A stretch of 62,400 nt of DNA, filler included, from Choristocarpus tenellus KU-1152 (Eukaryota; Protista; Phaeophyceae): assembly GCA_964200185.2 (NCBI GenBank). It is 10 parts of 10 records of this genome, joined end to end, with 100 filler letters (N's around TTAATTAATTAA, not from the genome) between each part and the next. Parts side by side here need not be neighbours in the genome. Positions count along the whole stretch, not along the records: positions 26,023 to 33,460 come from CAXNAD020006163.1; positions 33,561 to 40,196 come from CAXNAD020007692.1; positions 40,297 to 48,483 come from CAXNAD020005029.1; 7 more parts are not named here. One strand, given 5' to 3'. The position numbers were made by a program, and so were the translations under genes. Positions 26,795 to 40,428 of the stretch are shown one piece after another. The number at the start of each line of letters is the position of its first letter. Within the stretch, counting starts at the first letter, position 1. The notes under the pieces are model-generated. The model saw only the letters and a program-made list of their open reading frames with translations. It ran no database searches and was not told where the DNA came from.

Positions 26795-29700
26795 CTTGAC
26801 AACATGGGATTCAGCTTTGACAAAGTTGAAGGAGATGTGATGACCAGTTTTCTCACAGCACTATGTTGGCCAAATAGACGAATTAGACGGAAGCAAACAA
26901 GGGAGAGTATGGGGAAGAAGAGAAGGGTGATAGAACCTGTAAGGTAGGGTCAGGGCATCAATCTTTTCCCTAAATTTTCAAACGTTGCCCCCATGAAACA
27001 CTCTGAAGCATTCAACTCCAGCAATATTTTACCCTTCCAAATTAGAACAATCAGTTTGTATTGAGCATTTGCAATATCATAGCATTGGTGATTACAAGTG
27101 ATGCCCAAGTGTAGACAAGCACCACACTTGCCAGTGTTATTATAAAATTCGAACTTGACATGGTGGGAACAGTAGAACGTATTCTCCACAGTTCAAACGA
27201 GGTGGGCAAAGCAAGTGCGTAGTGTACAGGAAAAAAAAAATGAATGTGATATAGAACTCTACTTCGAAGCATAAGCACAAACATAACTGATCTATAAACA
27301 CAGATAATGGATGAAAGCATGTACTCAGAACACACCTTTCCATCCAATGAATTGTGAGACCTACCTGTGACTCCAACATTGGTGACAACCTATCCTCCAC
27401 GTCAAAATCAATGGCATGTGCGCCAGTCATGTGCAGAGTCTGCACTTCTTCCTCGTTCTCATTTTGTCCTCCTAAGCCCTGTTGTGTTGTGTTCAAGTGA
27501 GGAGTTTGTCACTGCCCTCCATACAACGAATTGACTATGGCTATAGTTATCATGGTCGAACTTTCTTCAGTATTCGTAAACTTTACCATGTGCAAGCAAT
27601 AAATTTTCCCTCCTAGATTTGGGATACCTTCTATGGCAAAAAAATGAGCAAAATCTTAAGAGGATAATTCGAAATGATTATAAAATCTCCTTCCACTCAG
27701 TTCTGCAATTCAAGGAGCCTAATGCTTTGAGCTCCATAATAATAGAAGAATTACCAAGTAGTGCCAACACACATAAACCGATCGAAAAAAAAACAAAAAC
27801 ATAGTGCCTCAACGGCATTTCCTCACTCACAGGATTGCTGCGACCAGCTTGAACTAGCTCATTGTGTTGCCGAACAAGGTGTGTAAGAAGGGCCAGCGGA
27901 AATATTCCCTCATCCAGCTTTGATGGGAGAAGGAACGATAACCGCGTGTCCTCTCCAACTGACTCCTAAAAACAGGAATACAGACAAATTGTTACACATG
28001 TGATAAGATCTATGTTTGTTTGTCGTAAAAAGAAAACAAAAGAGAGATTGAGAGAGATCAATTTGCATTTCCACCCTGCGGGTCGTGGCCAGTGATACCT
28101 CTGATGGGAGGAGATGCACTTTCGAGTACAGAGATCAAATGTAATATAAGCAGAATGTCCCATCACTTTACTTGTCTTACACGTCAAAAGTTCCTACGCC
28201 CCTTGCGCATGTGCAGACTTTCTGCAGTTGTACCAAGTTATGACATATTCCTAAGAGCTTGCTTGAGCTGTACAAAATATGGTAGCAATACCAGTAAATC
28301 GGATCCCATCACAGAGGTGCTCCGATAAAGACATCCTTAACGAGCCTATCCACCTGTCTGTAGTGTTTAGGGATTTCCTGGCACTCCCAACGGTTCACAA
28401 GGATCTGCCCGCATTTCCAAAATTGGCAAAATCCCTTGAATGCAGCTTGCCATGTCCTCTGATCTCCCTGCAATGGTGCGGTGGATTTTCAGTTATTGAT
28501 TGCCACAATATCTTTGGCTTATCAACAAAATGGATAACAAGGTAACCTTGATTGCTGTACATTTATTCCACGCCCGACTATTACTTAGAAAAATGATTTT
28601 TCATGTGGAGCACTATACTCTCTTAAGTAGCATGTTTTTCTAAGATTTATACACTGCGATGGCATTAGTATGAGGACTATGGCTAGTGTCATAACATCAA
28701 ATCGATAGCAATAGAAACATTCACAAAGTGCTGTCTCCTTGGCTGATATAACCAACCTTTAGAGGGATAAGTGGGAGAAAGGGTTGGAGCTAAGAAATCA
28801 AGGTCCCTTGTGATGGGAAAGTCGTACAGATTATGAACATTAACTGTTCAAAAATAAAAATCACCTGGGTTAGCAATATTTAATTAAGGTTTTCCAGTGG
28901 TTTGTTCGTATGGGATGACAATCGTTGGAAGTGTGCACCGTCTCAGACATGTTGATACCATCACACTACCATGGACACCCAATCAATAACTAGATCCTAG
29001 GCAACAATATGCACATTTGATATACAGAGTTAAACTCCGCAAAGAAGCACACGTCTTGCCGTTAAGCAGCAAAGCTTACATCTCTTGCACATTGCTGCAA
29101 AGTCCAAACGAAATACAGGGTCAATTTCATAAGAAATATTCTAGAAAAAACACTCCCAAGTACGTTCTCTCACTGCTCCTTTGGCCCTCTCCAGAGCTGT
29201 ATGTGCAGTCCACGACCTAGCCTGTTGGCGGTCAATCTTGCCTTCAAAGCGCCACTTCAATAGGTGAACCTAAGAAAAGGAAAATAAAGATGAGTGTGTA
29301 CACAATGTAAGATAAGTTAGGTCAGGGTATGTGTGTGTTGATGATCAAATTCAGGGTACTACCATAACGTTCAACCTTGAGGTACATTCCAACGCACTTA
29401 AGGTCTTCCTCCTGAATCATTGATCTCTGCCGTACGATCAAGATTTCAGCAATGTGCCATAGTGTTCAACTGAAATACAAGCCAGACCATGTGCAACAAT
29501 ATGCAGAGTTGTAAAACATTGTGGAACAATATCAAGGAGGTATCAACTTCATTCCTGTCAGGAAATAACTTGAACCTGCCCCTTGCACTCTTTGGGAACA
29601 ACAAGGTTTCTAGCTGTTTTGCAAAGTACAGGTTTGGTGGCACAAAGTTCAGACACTTCTTGATGTAAAATACTGCACCCATTGTAGAGCAGCAGGAAGG

Positions 29701-31599
29701 TGACGCAGTGCACCACGGGCTGGTTGTTGGTCATCCTCGGTCATCATCTTCAAAAGGGGCATCTTGGTTCGCTCTCTTTGGTCAAGGTGAAGGAAAGCAT
29801 CCTTAAACCTCTTCATGGAGAATGTCTGCCAGAGATCCCATAGTCCCAAATCCTCCTGCTGATGATGGGTGTGAGGCAAGTTGGAACAGGAAAAACCACG
29901 GACATGTTAGGATGAAGCATTTGGTTCTACCTATATCAGTCTAATATGAGTCACACCTGGCACCACACACACTACCACCAAAAAATACGTTAGGCAATGC
30001 GATGGAAGATATGGGGCTTTTAAGCACAAGCATGCTACAATCCTGTTCTGAAATGTCTCACTCACTCTGACTCCTTTATCCTCAATTACATCAGTCTTAG
30101 CCAGCAGCTCTGCCACTAACGTTGCTTCGTCTCCCCCCTTCCGTAGCTCCTGTGCAGCACAGTCTATCTTTCTTTTAACATTTTTTTTTTCTCCAGTTGT
30201 AACATGCAGGTACATATCACAAAAATTTCCTTCCCACTTTGTACGCTCTGTTTCTCCTTTCAGGTTTAGTGAGCCGCTGTCAAGGGGATTAAAAAAAAGA
30301 CTCAAGTGTTGCTGTCTCAATTGCGACACCATAAATAGCTGTTAAACACAACAGTGATACCACTATGTTTTACAACAAAAGATGTTCGATGAGTGAGGTA
30401 GTACTATACCTCGGGTAGTTTCTAAATTTGAGAAAACTAGAGCAGGCGCAACTCTTGTATCCATTGATCATACAATTGAGAGTAGCAGCTTCAAATGTGC
30501 CGAACCACACAAACTGTATCCGTTTGATGAAATGTAGTGCAGGATACCAGACTGACATCTGGCTTGTGATGCACGGGACACTGTAGGCTCAATGCAGCCG
30601 CCCTCAGAGAGATGGTTCTCACAAGCAATGCTTGAGTCAAAATTTTGAATTTTGCCTCGAAAAATGAATCATTTTGACGGGTGCTTAATATGATCCAACA
30701 ATAAAAACCTAGGAAGTGAACAAGAAGAAGCAACTGGAACAAGATTTTTCACTATGGGGGCACTTTCAGGAAGGCAGGAAATGAATCAATCCGATCAACT
30801 TTAGAGATAAAATCATCACAATCATCGTCTTGAAATTGCCACTCACTCCACCAAGTTAATAGGTTCCATGGTGCCTTGACCTCTTGGGTCTAGTCCACTC
30901 AAGAGTGACAAATGAACAGCCAGCATTGCATCCTCCACATTCCAACCAGTTAACTTGCACAGTGCCTCCCTGTCCTCATCAACTCGGCTTGAAAACATCC
31001 TAATCACGCCAGGACCTGTAGGCTGGATTGTGATGAAGGAGTTATTGAGGATACTTCTGGCCTCAGCTGCCCATCCATGACCACCTGCAGCAGCACCGAC
31101 AGTACCCGCCAGGTGAAGAACAAGACGGGTAGTGGCCACCTGCACTGAAGACATGCCCCTAATCCTTGTGGGAATACGCCCCTTTCATACGATGTTAGAA
31201 ATGAAAATCCACAGATCCCACCATTGCAAAAGCAGATGGAATATGATAGGGAAGATGGGAGTGCACTATTAATATAATAGTCTACACAGTATATTCCAAA
31301 ACACAAGCAAGATAAGAGTCGTTAGTGAGCTTTCTAGTGCTTTCTAGACTTCAGTCTATCATTCCGAGACCAAGAAAATGGGTTAAGAGCAGATAGGCAG
31401 TTTCACTGCTTCAAGTCATTACAGCTGTAGAAAGGATTCCTTGAATAGATAGTCTAATCAAATGAAAGAAAAGAGTTATGCGCACCTCACAAGGGAACCT
31501 GAGGCAGTACCCTTCTACATTTATAGGCGTCACATTGAAAGAATTAGGTTGGTCCACAACGTGATCGATTCCTCCGAGAATTCTCCCACATGAGCAGTT
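26795..31599 (-). CDS. RNF213 (mysterin)-like E3 ligase, RZ-finger C-terminal half plus C-terminal domain, partial, 9 exons
   Basis: Minus-strand exons 31599-31486 (NCSCGRILGGIDH...GYCL), 31181-30847 (RGMSSVQVATTRLVLHLAGTVG...DREALCKLTGWNVEDAMLAVHL), 30276-30066 (ERTKWEGNF), 29855-29679 (LWDLWQTFS...ALRHLPAALQW), 29269-29174 (RFEGKIDRQQARSWT), 28467-28354 (WQAAFKGFCQFW...WECQEIP), 27965-27831 (LSFLLPSKLDEGIFPLALLTHLVRQHNE), 27478-27365 (AHAIDFDVEDRLSPML), 26860-26795 (ISFNFVKAE). All GT-AG and in phase: 1362 nt, 454 codons, no stop. Motif order matches the RNF213 C-terminus as I recall it. Confidence 0.75.
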
Positions 31600-31949
31600 C
31601 TGAATACATGTGCGAGAAATATATGAAAGGAATAGCAGGCAAGGAATGGTGGTCAGGTTACCATCAAATTGACAAACTGGTTAGCAACCAAACTCACAGA
31701 CAAGGTGACACTGGACATACTTCCTTGCTCGGAATTAAATAGAAATATAACTCTTGCAGCCCTGATAAAGAAACAAGATTTCCTTTCAAATTTTCGTATA
31801 TTTTAGGTCTACTGTACGGACATGAAACGGTTACCCACCAAAATCTCAACCAAAATGGGGCAGTCTACACCCATCTGTGATTCCGTACCCGAAGCCCTCC
31901 AAATCTCCATTCCAGCATGGTATTTCATTGCATCCAATGGGGGATTTGG

Positions 31950-33100
31950 GGGGACCTTGCCCGCCTTCTCGAGCCTTTTTCCTTGCAAGATAGAGGAATT
32001 TTGAAGACATTGTCACCCTTGGACCCCAGCACTTCACTGTAGACTGCAAAGAGCCTCTACCAGACACACTCTAGTGTCTCCCACGGGTTAACATCAAATG
32101 CCTACATTGTGGCCTTCACCAGCTCCTCTGTATTGGTCACCCCCGCATCTTCCTTCAGTTGCTGGATGGAATGAAAGAATCCCAGGTCGTTGACGTTGAG
32201 GTCGGGTGAGATCACTGGCTGGGTCTCTATGACCATGTCGTCCCCTGCTGCCTCCTCGATTGCCTCCATGATCCCCCCCTTGGTGTGTGGCTTTGCTCTG
32301 TCCTGCTGCATGAATATGGTGTGTCATTCCGGGCTAGGCATGCGAGCCTTGATTGTCGGGATGAAATTCTCAATCGTGAGCTTCTTATACCTCTCCCTGT
32401 TTATTGTGTCTGGCACAAACACCTTGGTGCCCTTGGGGTGGTGTTTGCTAAGGCGCTCAACAACCTTTAGTGTCCATGATTGCCCAGATCCCAATTTTCC
32501 CATCGGACCACACTCTGTTGGAGAGCTTCCTGGGGTGGTTTACAGCTGCAAGGAACAACGCCTCAATAATTTGATACATTTTCTGTGCCACAGGGGTTTG
32601 GGGGGTCCTCAGTGGAGTGAAGGTACGCACCTTACCCATCTTTGAAGATGTGAAACCACTTCTCATCCACATGCACACAGTCATACAGACCATTCACTAG
32701 TACACCACTTTCCCTCTCCTTTGTTTGTGGATGATGACAAAGCCCACCCTGTTGACTTTCTGCTGGTGTGAGAGAACTGGCTTAATCCACCACTTGACTT
32801 TCTTCACCTTCTTGCGTTTGCACAGATCCCACAACAACGTAAGGGAGACCCCAGCTTTGCCCATTTGCGTAAGGATGTGTGGTGTATTGATTCGACATCC
32901 CAACTGTTGAGGATTTATGTATGGCGGCCACATTGTCCCTTGTGACATCCTACAAGAAATATGCATTCAACCTGTGCGATCTGGCTGTCATACTCCTTCA
33001 GATGAAACGAGGTAATTTGGGAAATTCCCAAGTCCTCCGCGATGACCACCGTCATCACCTGAAGCATCCAAATCTCGTGCACTCTTGCCTCCAGGCATCA
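31950..33100 (-). mobile_element. Degenerate mariner-type (Tc1/mariner) transposase
   Basis: Frameshifted pieces: KGQCGR, IKPVLSHQQKVNRVGF, VHVDEKWF, LFLAAV...DGKIGIW, QQDRAKPH...QPVISPDLNVNDLGFF. There are 37 residues between the 2nd and 3rd catalytic Asp. Multiple stops. Confidence 0.88.
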
Positions 33101-36100
33101 TGACACCGCCCTGTTCTTCATCAAGGCGTTTGAGTCCTGACCCTGGACAGACTTCTGGGTCAAATGAACAATTGGAACCAACAGGCGACGATGCGATGAG
33201 CGAGCCGCCCAAACGATGGGGACCTTCATCCTGGGCATCCCCATAAACAACCACTTTGACGGTTTAATGATGTTTTTGAACCCTGGCAAATGTGACTTGG
33301 TCAACTTTGCAGTGGTGGTGGTCTTCCACAGTCACAACAACCCACCTTCTTAAACTTTGCACGCCTCCAATTTACATGAGAACTAAGCCTCACCCAGAGG
33401 GTTTATCACTTGGTTTGTTACTGGGCGAGAATAGAGTGTGCAAAAGTTATGTTACATTAANNNNNNNNNNNNNNNNNNNNNNNNNNNNNNNNNNNNNNNN
33501 NNNNTTAATTAATTAANNNNNNNNNNNNNNNNNNNNNNNNNNNNNNNNNNNNNNNNNNNNAAAAAGTGAAAATCGAAAAAAGGGTGAAAAACGGACGCCG
33601 ACACCACCTCCCAGATACTTTGACCCTCGTCTGCCATGATACCTTCAAAGTTAAGTTTAAAGTCAATTTTTCAAAACATACAACTATATCCAACTGGTGC
33701 TGCTTGTTGAAATAACTTCTCGCAGGATAGGCTGGTCGCCACAAACTACTGGTGGGATTATCTGGTAAACATTCACGTTAATTATCCGACGGACTCCTAT
33801 CTTTACCATCGTCTGACGTACTCACAAAAGTCTGACTCGGCATACGGCTATGTATGATACTACTATGTAATTGTTGTACCGAATTATTACCTAAACGTAC
33901 ATGAAACTGTCACAAGGTGTTTGTTATACGGTGGTATTGACACACACAACGTACACGTTCAACCATCACAATTATACACCAATACTGCCATCTCCCACGA
34001 ACCGGCACCCTCCGTCTATTCCGCATCCCTACACTCTCCTCATCTCCTAATGCACACACAGATTGCAGTGCATAGGGTAGCTCCCCTGTCTTCGTGAACC
34101 ACCACTATCTCCAGGAAATCACTTTCTTGTTCTTCTTGATGCCGTCCCAGGAATAGCGTTATGGTGCAAAGTCTAATACTGCGCTAGTACACATGACCTC
34201 GACTTTGGGCACATACATGTTTCCAGTGCTTGGGGAAAATGAGCAAAGCAGGCTTGCGATGGTAAAATGGGGAGGGAAAGGCTTTTGAAGAATAGGAGAA
34301 TAGCTGTATTGTTGGAAAGGTATCTGAGTTCAAGGACAATGGATAGTAACCCTGCTGGGTTTAGCTATGATAAGGGGAGACTCTTTAGCGACAGTACCCT
34401 TTGCCTTGTGTGATTATTAGTTTCTTGTTCTCTATCTTTTAGATACATGTATTGGTGTGTTTTTGTCTTTAGTCACAGGGCATTGTCCTGTTGTCCAGAT
34501 AAGGAGAGTGTGTGATATCCACGACTTCAATTTGTATTTATGTTTGCTTCCTAGCATATTGCTTTTTTTACATGTAACTCCAGCTTACGATTTATGCACA
34601 TGTGCATGCGACTTCCTCTCTGCTTGTTTGATGCAGTTTTGTGTATTTTGTCCAATCTCATGTTTGTTCTTAGTTGTATTACATTTTTTTTGTGTGTGTG
34701 TTTTGTGTGTGTGGTGTGTGGTGTGCGTGTTGGAGGGAAATGTGTTATTTTTCACTTGAACGTCGAAGTCAAATGCAGAGTGAGTACCATGAGGTGCTAG
34801 TGTCATAATCCTGGCATATCTATCGCCCAGGGCAAAATTAGAAGGGAGTATGTTGGCTCAATTTCTACCTCTGGGCCGTAAAACAACGCCTATGGATATG
34901 TTAGGACCAGGCATTGACATTGGTTTCACTCTGCTACGCTCATTTGAAAGCAGGGGGAATGGTGTTTATTTCCGTCCAGTTGCATATTATTGGTAGTGTG
35001 GAAGCAGGTATTAATGCTTCATGCTAGAGGTCACGCTACAGGGGGCAAGTCGGGACCATGCGGCGGCTTCATTAATCGCCGTATATGAACTTCGTATATT
35101 GATAGGAGATACGTCCTGTTGAACTGTATACTGTATGTCATTATTACCTTGACTTTCAAATATTTTGGATAGTTCCTAGCAAAGAAGTAAAAACACTCTC
35201 TTCCGAATTGATTCAGTCTCAAAATTTTTGAATTCAGTCCAAGCAAGAGTAAATAAATACGGTCTAGAACTTGTGAGGGTGACCTTCGAGGCATTGCCAA
35301 TTTCCTGGGACACATCGTCAATTGATGGTTGACATCACCAAAACCAGGTACCACTTGATATTTATCTGAAAGCTGTTTCTTCCCTTATGTGAAAAATCAG
35401 AAATCAAAAGTAGAATCAGCTACGTATAGTCTGAGGAAAAATGGTTCTGTACGTATATATTTTGGAACATCTAATGATCCTTTGCACGCTATAGAAAGTG
35501 GCCTAAAGTCACCCTTTTGTTTCATGTAGTCTTCTCCAAATACCCCAGACTTCTAACAGACCATTTCCCTTATCGTTTAACAAGCCCAGTCAAACATGCC
35601 AGCATTCATCAGATCTTCATATCCATCGTCAATGAACAAGACTCTTCTCAGAGCATTATCAATGTCCTTCCTCAAGGATCAAGCCTCTTCCCAGAGCATC
35701 GACATTTATCCTTCAAGGGACGGAACTCTCCTCAGAGTACCCTTCATTTGTCCATTCTTAAGGAGACAAGATTCTTCACAAGAGCATCGTCAATCGTCTT
35801 TCCCCAAGGAACAACCCTCCTATCAGCCTAAACAGACTGTGAGATCGTCCAGTGCAGAATCCATCAAGGGATCCCTATGTCACAATCACACAGGTTTTAT
35901 TAATGTGGGTATGTGGATCATATGCAAGAAATTTTATCTTTTTAATCTTGAGATAGTTGTTATTGGCAGTCATTTATTTCCTAGCTGATGAATAGTAACA
36001 ATGCCTCAAACTATGCAACGAATGGAATGCTCAGCAACCTTGTACGAATGCTTAATTGTAGCAAATCGCTTGGTTTTAGATTGCCACCATCAAATGCGAT

Positions 36101-36599
36101 ATATGTTAGAAATAACCGTTCTAAATTGTGCTTATGGTAGGTCAGAGAAGTAGAGCACAACAAAACATGCGCATACTTAACAGAAAAGAATCGCATGTAA
36201 ACAATTAGAATGGTTGATACAAAAAAAATGTTCACCATCCCTTGACAAATAAGGAAGAAAGTCACATACACGACAAAAAGGACGAAAAATAAGACACAAT
36301 TCTGCCTCAAAAGAGAAGCACATAACAGAAAGTTCATGAGCCAACTCAATGATTCAAAACCTACCAGCTAACTCCAAAAATCTTGAAGGCATTGGCCAAC
36401 CGAGCAAGCACAAAATTGATAAAAGCTAAAGTATGTGACTCACTCCTTGCCTATCAGAAAATAAACAAGTTCCAGATCACATGAATCGCAGACAAAAAAC
36501 ATGACAAAAAAACAAACCAAGCTACTGGCAACGACAAGAAGATCATTATCACAATAAATCCCAAACACAAATCTATCACATGCACTATGCATAAAAACA

Positions 36600-39060
36600 T
36601 TAATTGGAAGAACTGTAGTCTCCCTCAACTGCTGGGGCAACTAAGGACATCCCTCATAGGCACAACCTGGCACCGGAACATGCCCTGTTATATTACAGGC
36701 AGATGGTTGTACTTGATGAAAGGGAGACCACTCACCACGTGTACAGTTTACAGGGTACCCACCATTGGGTTGTGGATTATCCTGAGTGCAGTACACTCCA
36801 ATGACACAAAGTAAGTAAAACTCATTCTGTGATTGATTGATGGCCAGTCAAGCAGCATGTGCTGTACAAGAAGTCTTCGGATCCAAAATCGCAATTCAGG
36901 GTTGTCATATCCTCAGACTCTTGGTCAAATATAGTCCTCACATACCACATCAAAAATGGGGGCTGCAGAAGGTTCATTCCCTCCACCACCTTCTCAGTTG
37001 CCATACGTAGTGTATATCATACACATATTTAAACGTCCTGCTGTATGTGGGTTTCGTAGAGCACATCTCAAATCATTGTGAAGCAATGATTTTACTCGCA
37101 CTGCAGCTGTGGATCTCTAAGAATAACTGTATCGACATGAGAAGCGCTTTCCTATGCGACCTAGCTTCTGGAGGCCTCTTGGTTTGACAACTGTTAAGAG
37201 AAGGAAAGGGGTGGAGGAAGGAGTAGTGAGGAGCCCACGTCATTTAGGTTGTTAGGAATGTGATTTTGATGCCGGAATGTGCTACCTAGAACAGGTATCA
37301 TATTGGCAAGAGAGGTTCGGCACCCTCACCATATTATCCTGTTCATTGCACTGAACATCATTTTCCACCCAATTTGTCTAGGTATATCTTCAAGTAACCC
37401 TTGATTCTTAGATAACATCATGTATTATATGTTCCATCAACACACACGGGACATAACAAGTGAATTGATGCGCACCACACCAAATTCTAAACTAATCAAT
37501 ATTTTGCTTCAGTGAAGTCTTGTATTCTGCATGAAACCCTCCCTCTAACCTCCCCAACCTTTCCCTTATCCAGACGGAAACATGGCGCGCATCTTCATGT
37601 GTGAGAAGTGTTCTTAGATCATTTCACTCAGCATACTTATCGGTCTCAAGACTACATGCTGCTTCTACTGTCGGGGCAGTTTTATGCAAATATGTTAGCA
37701 CTAGACTCACCTCATGCCTAAAATGTATGGATTATCCCCTCTGCAGAAACCAATACGGAACAACTTTCAAGACCCATAGTATCCTAGAGGGGGTGTCAGG
37801 CGTCCATTCAGGGCCTGTGTAAACATGTAGCAATGTTCATATCATCTGAGTGAACTTGCCAGGTGTAAGGGCAATCCCCTTCATCTGAACGCACCCTCCT
37901 TTTCCACCCCCCTGCCTGTACTAAATCCAAAGGAAAATCACCCGCAAAACGGGCATCCAACTTGAGTATCTTACTACACCGCATCAAACCTCAAATTTGC
38001 AACGTGTCCTAAACCTCCCCCACCCTCAAGATATTATGCATCCAACATGAATCCTACACCTCAGAAATTCAGATCGCCTTTCAATGTTGAAAAGGTTGTG
38101 CCTCGTGATCGAACAGAGCCATTTATGTATCCCAAGTAGGCATGCCTTGGGATAGGTGTAAGAGCCCTAGCCCTCCTAAACCTTGGGTCATCTACATCAT
38201 CACCACAAAGTGCAGCATAGTATATACTCGTGGCCTCCAGCTATTCAGTCTTGATTACAAACTATCTACTTGATTTCACAGAGGAATATACTACTCCAAA
38301 CATTTACATTCAAGGATTGCAAAGGGCTGAAAAGTAGAAGTGGTTGGCAACATATGTCTGGGCGAATTACCGTTAATTGGATGTTTGCTACGTTCTATCA
38401 GGTAAGCACCATCTCCTGGGCTGTCCAGTCCAATTGATACCCTTCATTGTATCGTGTAAATATGTGCACTATTTCAAATCATACTGTAACACAAGTACAG
38501 ATATTGCGAGCGATCTCTGCATGTTATCTTGTAATTTGTGGCACACATTATGTACACTTATTAGTTCACGTACATTAACCTGAATCCGCATCCACAGTGA
38601 AACACGCTGTCAAGTTGGAAGTAATGGCATAGCCGAGAAACTCTCCAACAAACTTCCTACTGGCAGTACAAAAAAACAGATCAAGGAGCACTCTGCGTAG
38701 ACACGAGTCCTTGTAACTGTAACCAGGATCTCCTCACCAAAAGCAAAATACAGGTGGTGCCAAAAGCTCTCCCGTGTGTATTAGTCCAAGAGCTGTTAAT
38801 ATATGACGATGAATTGTCAAAAAGGACTATGAAAAATGCTTATAGGGAAAACTTTCGAATTGTATGGGGGGAACACTTCAGTTTGTTCACGAGCAAGACC
38901 AAATCAAACTGCAACAAGGACCACATCAAACTTTGAACACAACATACCTGTACTGTGACATGCCACCGGAAAGGGAACAGCAATCAACAGATGCAAGACT
39001 CCCATCTTCCTGTTTACTAACACGGATCAGACCAAGAAATTCCACAATACTCAAGCAGTA
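36600..39060 (+). mobile_element. Highly degenerate Copia-type LTR retrotransposon pol
   Basis: Remnants ILHETLPLTSP (integrase GIxHExTxPxTP), EEYTTPN...LQRAEK*KWLA...GKHHLLGC (start of RT) and NTTYLYCDM (DVxTAFLYGDL), in integrase-before-RT order; many stops; LTRs not found. Confidence 0.45.
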
Positions 39061-39121
39061 GCTGCTGGATGAAACAACTGCTCCTCTCTCATATTTTCCC
39101 ACTCTACACTCCTGGGCTTAC

Positions 39122-39244
39122 CCTTGTCCTCGTTTTTCCAATCCTTGCTGCTAATGTCCACCAAGCTCTCTTCAATTTCCGCCACACTCAACCTCAATGC
39201 CATAAGAGACTCATGCAATGGCAGCTCAGACGCTTCCGCGTTTC
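39122..39244 (-). CDS. Possible isolated exon of an unknown gene (coiled-coil-like)
   Basis: 123-nt open frame NAEASELPLHESLMALRLSVAEIEESLVDISSKDWKNEDK between AG and a strong GTAAGC donor. Confidence 0.35.
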
Positions 39245-40428
39245 CTTCACGTACGAGTTGCACGCACATTTACATGGGTATGTGTAAGGGTCAACATACT
39301 ATAGTAGCGAGGGGTACAGGATGAGCTTAATGATGGGCGAAAGAGGTTTACTTACTGCCTTAATACTCCCGATTCGTACGTAGGTTTCACAGACTATCAA
39401 TGCCGATATCTGTTTAACACTCCCTCTCCTCCTAAACAATTTGACATGTACTGCCTTAACAAAACAAGGCCTAAGAACTGTAAATTGAAAAGAAGGTTTT
39501 GCTTGGCAAGTGTAATAAGCTGAAAAACAGGATACCACAGGATTGTCCTCACACTCCAAAATCTCATTTTGTTTTAGATCACTATCATCGTGTTGCTTCT
39601 TGGTTGGCGAGGGGCAACCGATTCCATCCTGTTATTAAGTTCTTCTTGCATGCTATAATAGGACACAAGGGTAGGGATGATTGAGGGGAATAGGAGAGTA
39701 TAGAATGATGATATGTATTGTTAAATATAATATGAAGCAATTCTTGAATAAACATACAAATAAAGCACTTACATGCATTCATGTGGGTTAATCTTTTTTG
39801 TTTAAAGCAATAGTTTCCAGGCAATACACGTCTATCAATACAAAATCGAAATCCACTCAAATTACGCATCTGGGTCCAAGACTAACCCACCAATGGCGAA
39901 GACTAGGCGTGAAGAAGACATTCTATCCTTGATCACATCCTCGTGGGTAAAATATATTCCCAAGTGTACAAGAAACTCGTTACAAGTATTATGTACCTCG
40001 TACAACTCAGAATTCGATTTTCGTGATTTTTAATATACAGTCATAATAGAGGTCTAGCGCTCCATCTGCTTGGGTCAGCACCTCCTTCACCTTCTGACGA
40101 GCATAACGTATAGTTCAACCGAACGTACCGAGTAAAAGTATCTTAGAGGGTACGAGTTTTGCCCTGTTTGTCCATTTGGGGCTTGACTTCGCATAGNNNN
40201 NNNNNNNNNNNNNNNNNNNNNNNNNNNNNNNNNNNNNNNNTTAATTAATTAANNNNNNNNNNNNNNNNNNNNNNNNNNNNNNNNNNNNNNNNNNNNCCAA
40301 AGGACACCCTGGCGTAGACAGTCCCCCCCCCCCCCAGATACTTTAGGTCTCCATCCCCTCACCATGATTACCTCTCATGTATATCCAACAGTATTCTGTC
40401 CTCTATTGTTGGAACAATGCATATCCAG

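Noticed and set aside
28381-28440. Suspected frameshift in an RNF213-like exon
   Set aside because: Re-reading gives an open frame FKGFCQFWKCGQILVNRWEC; the exon is 114 nt.
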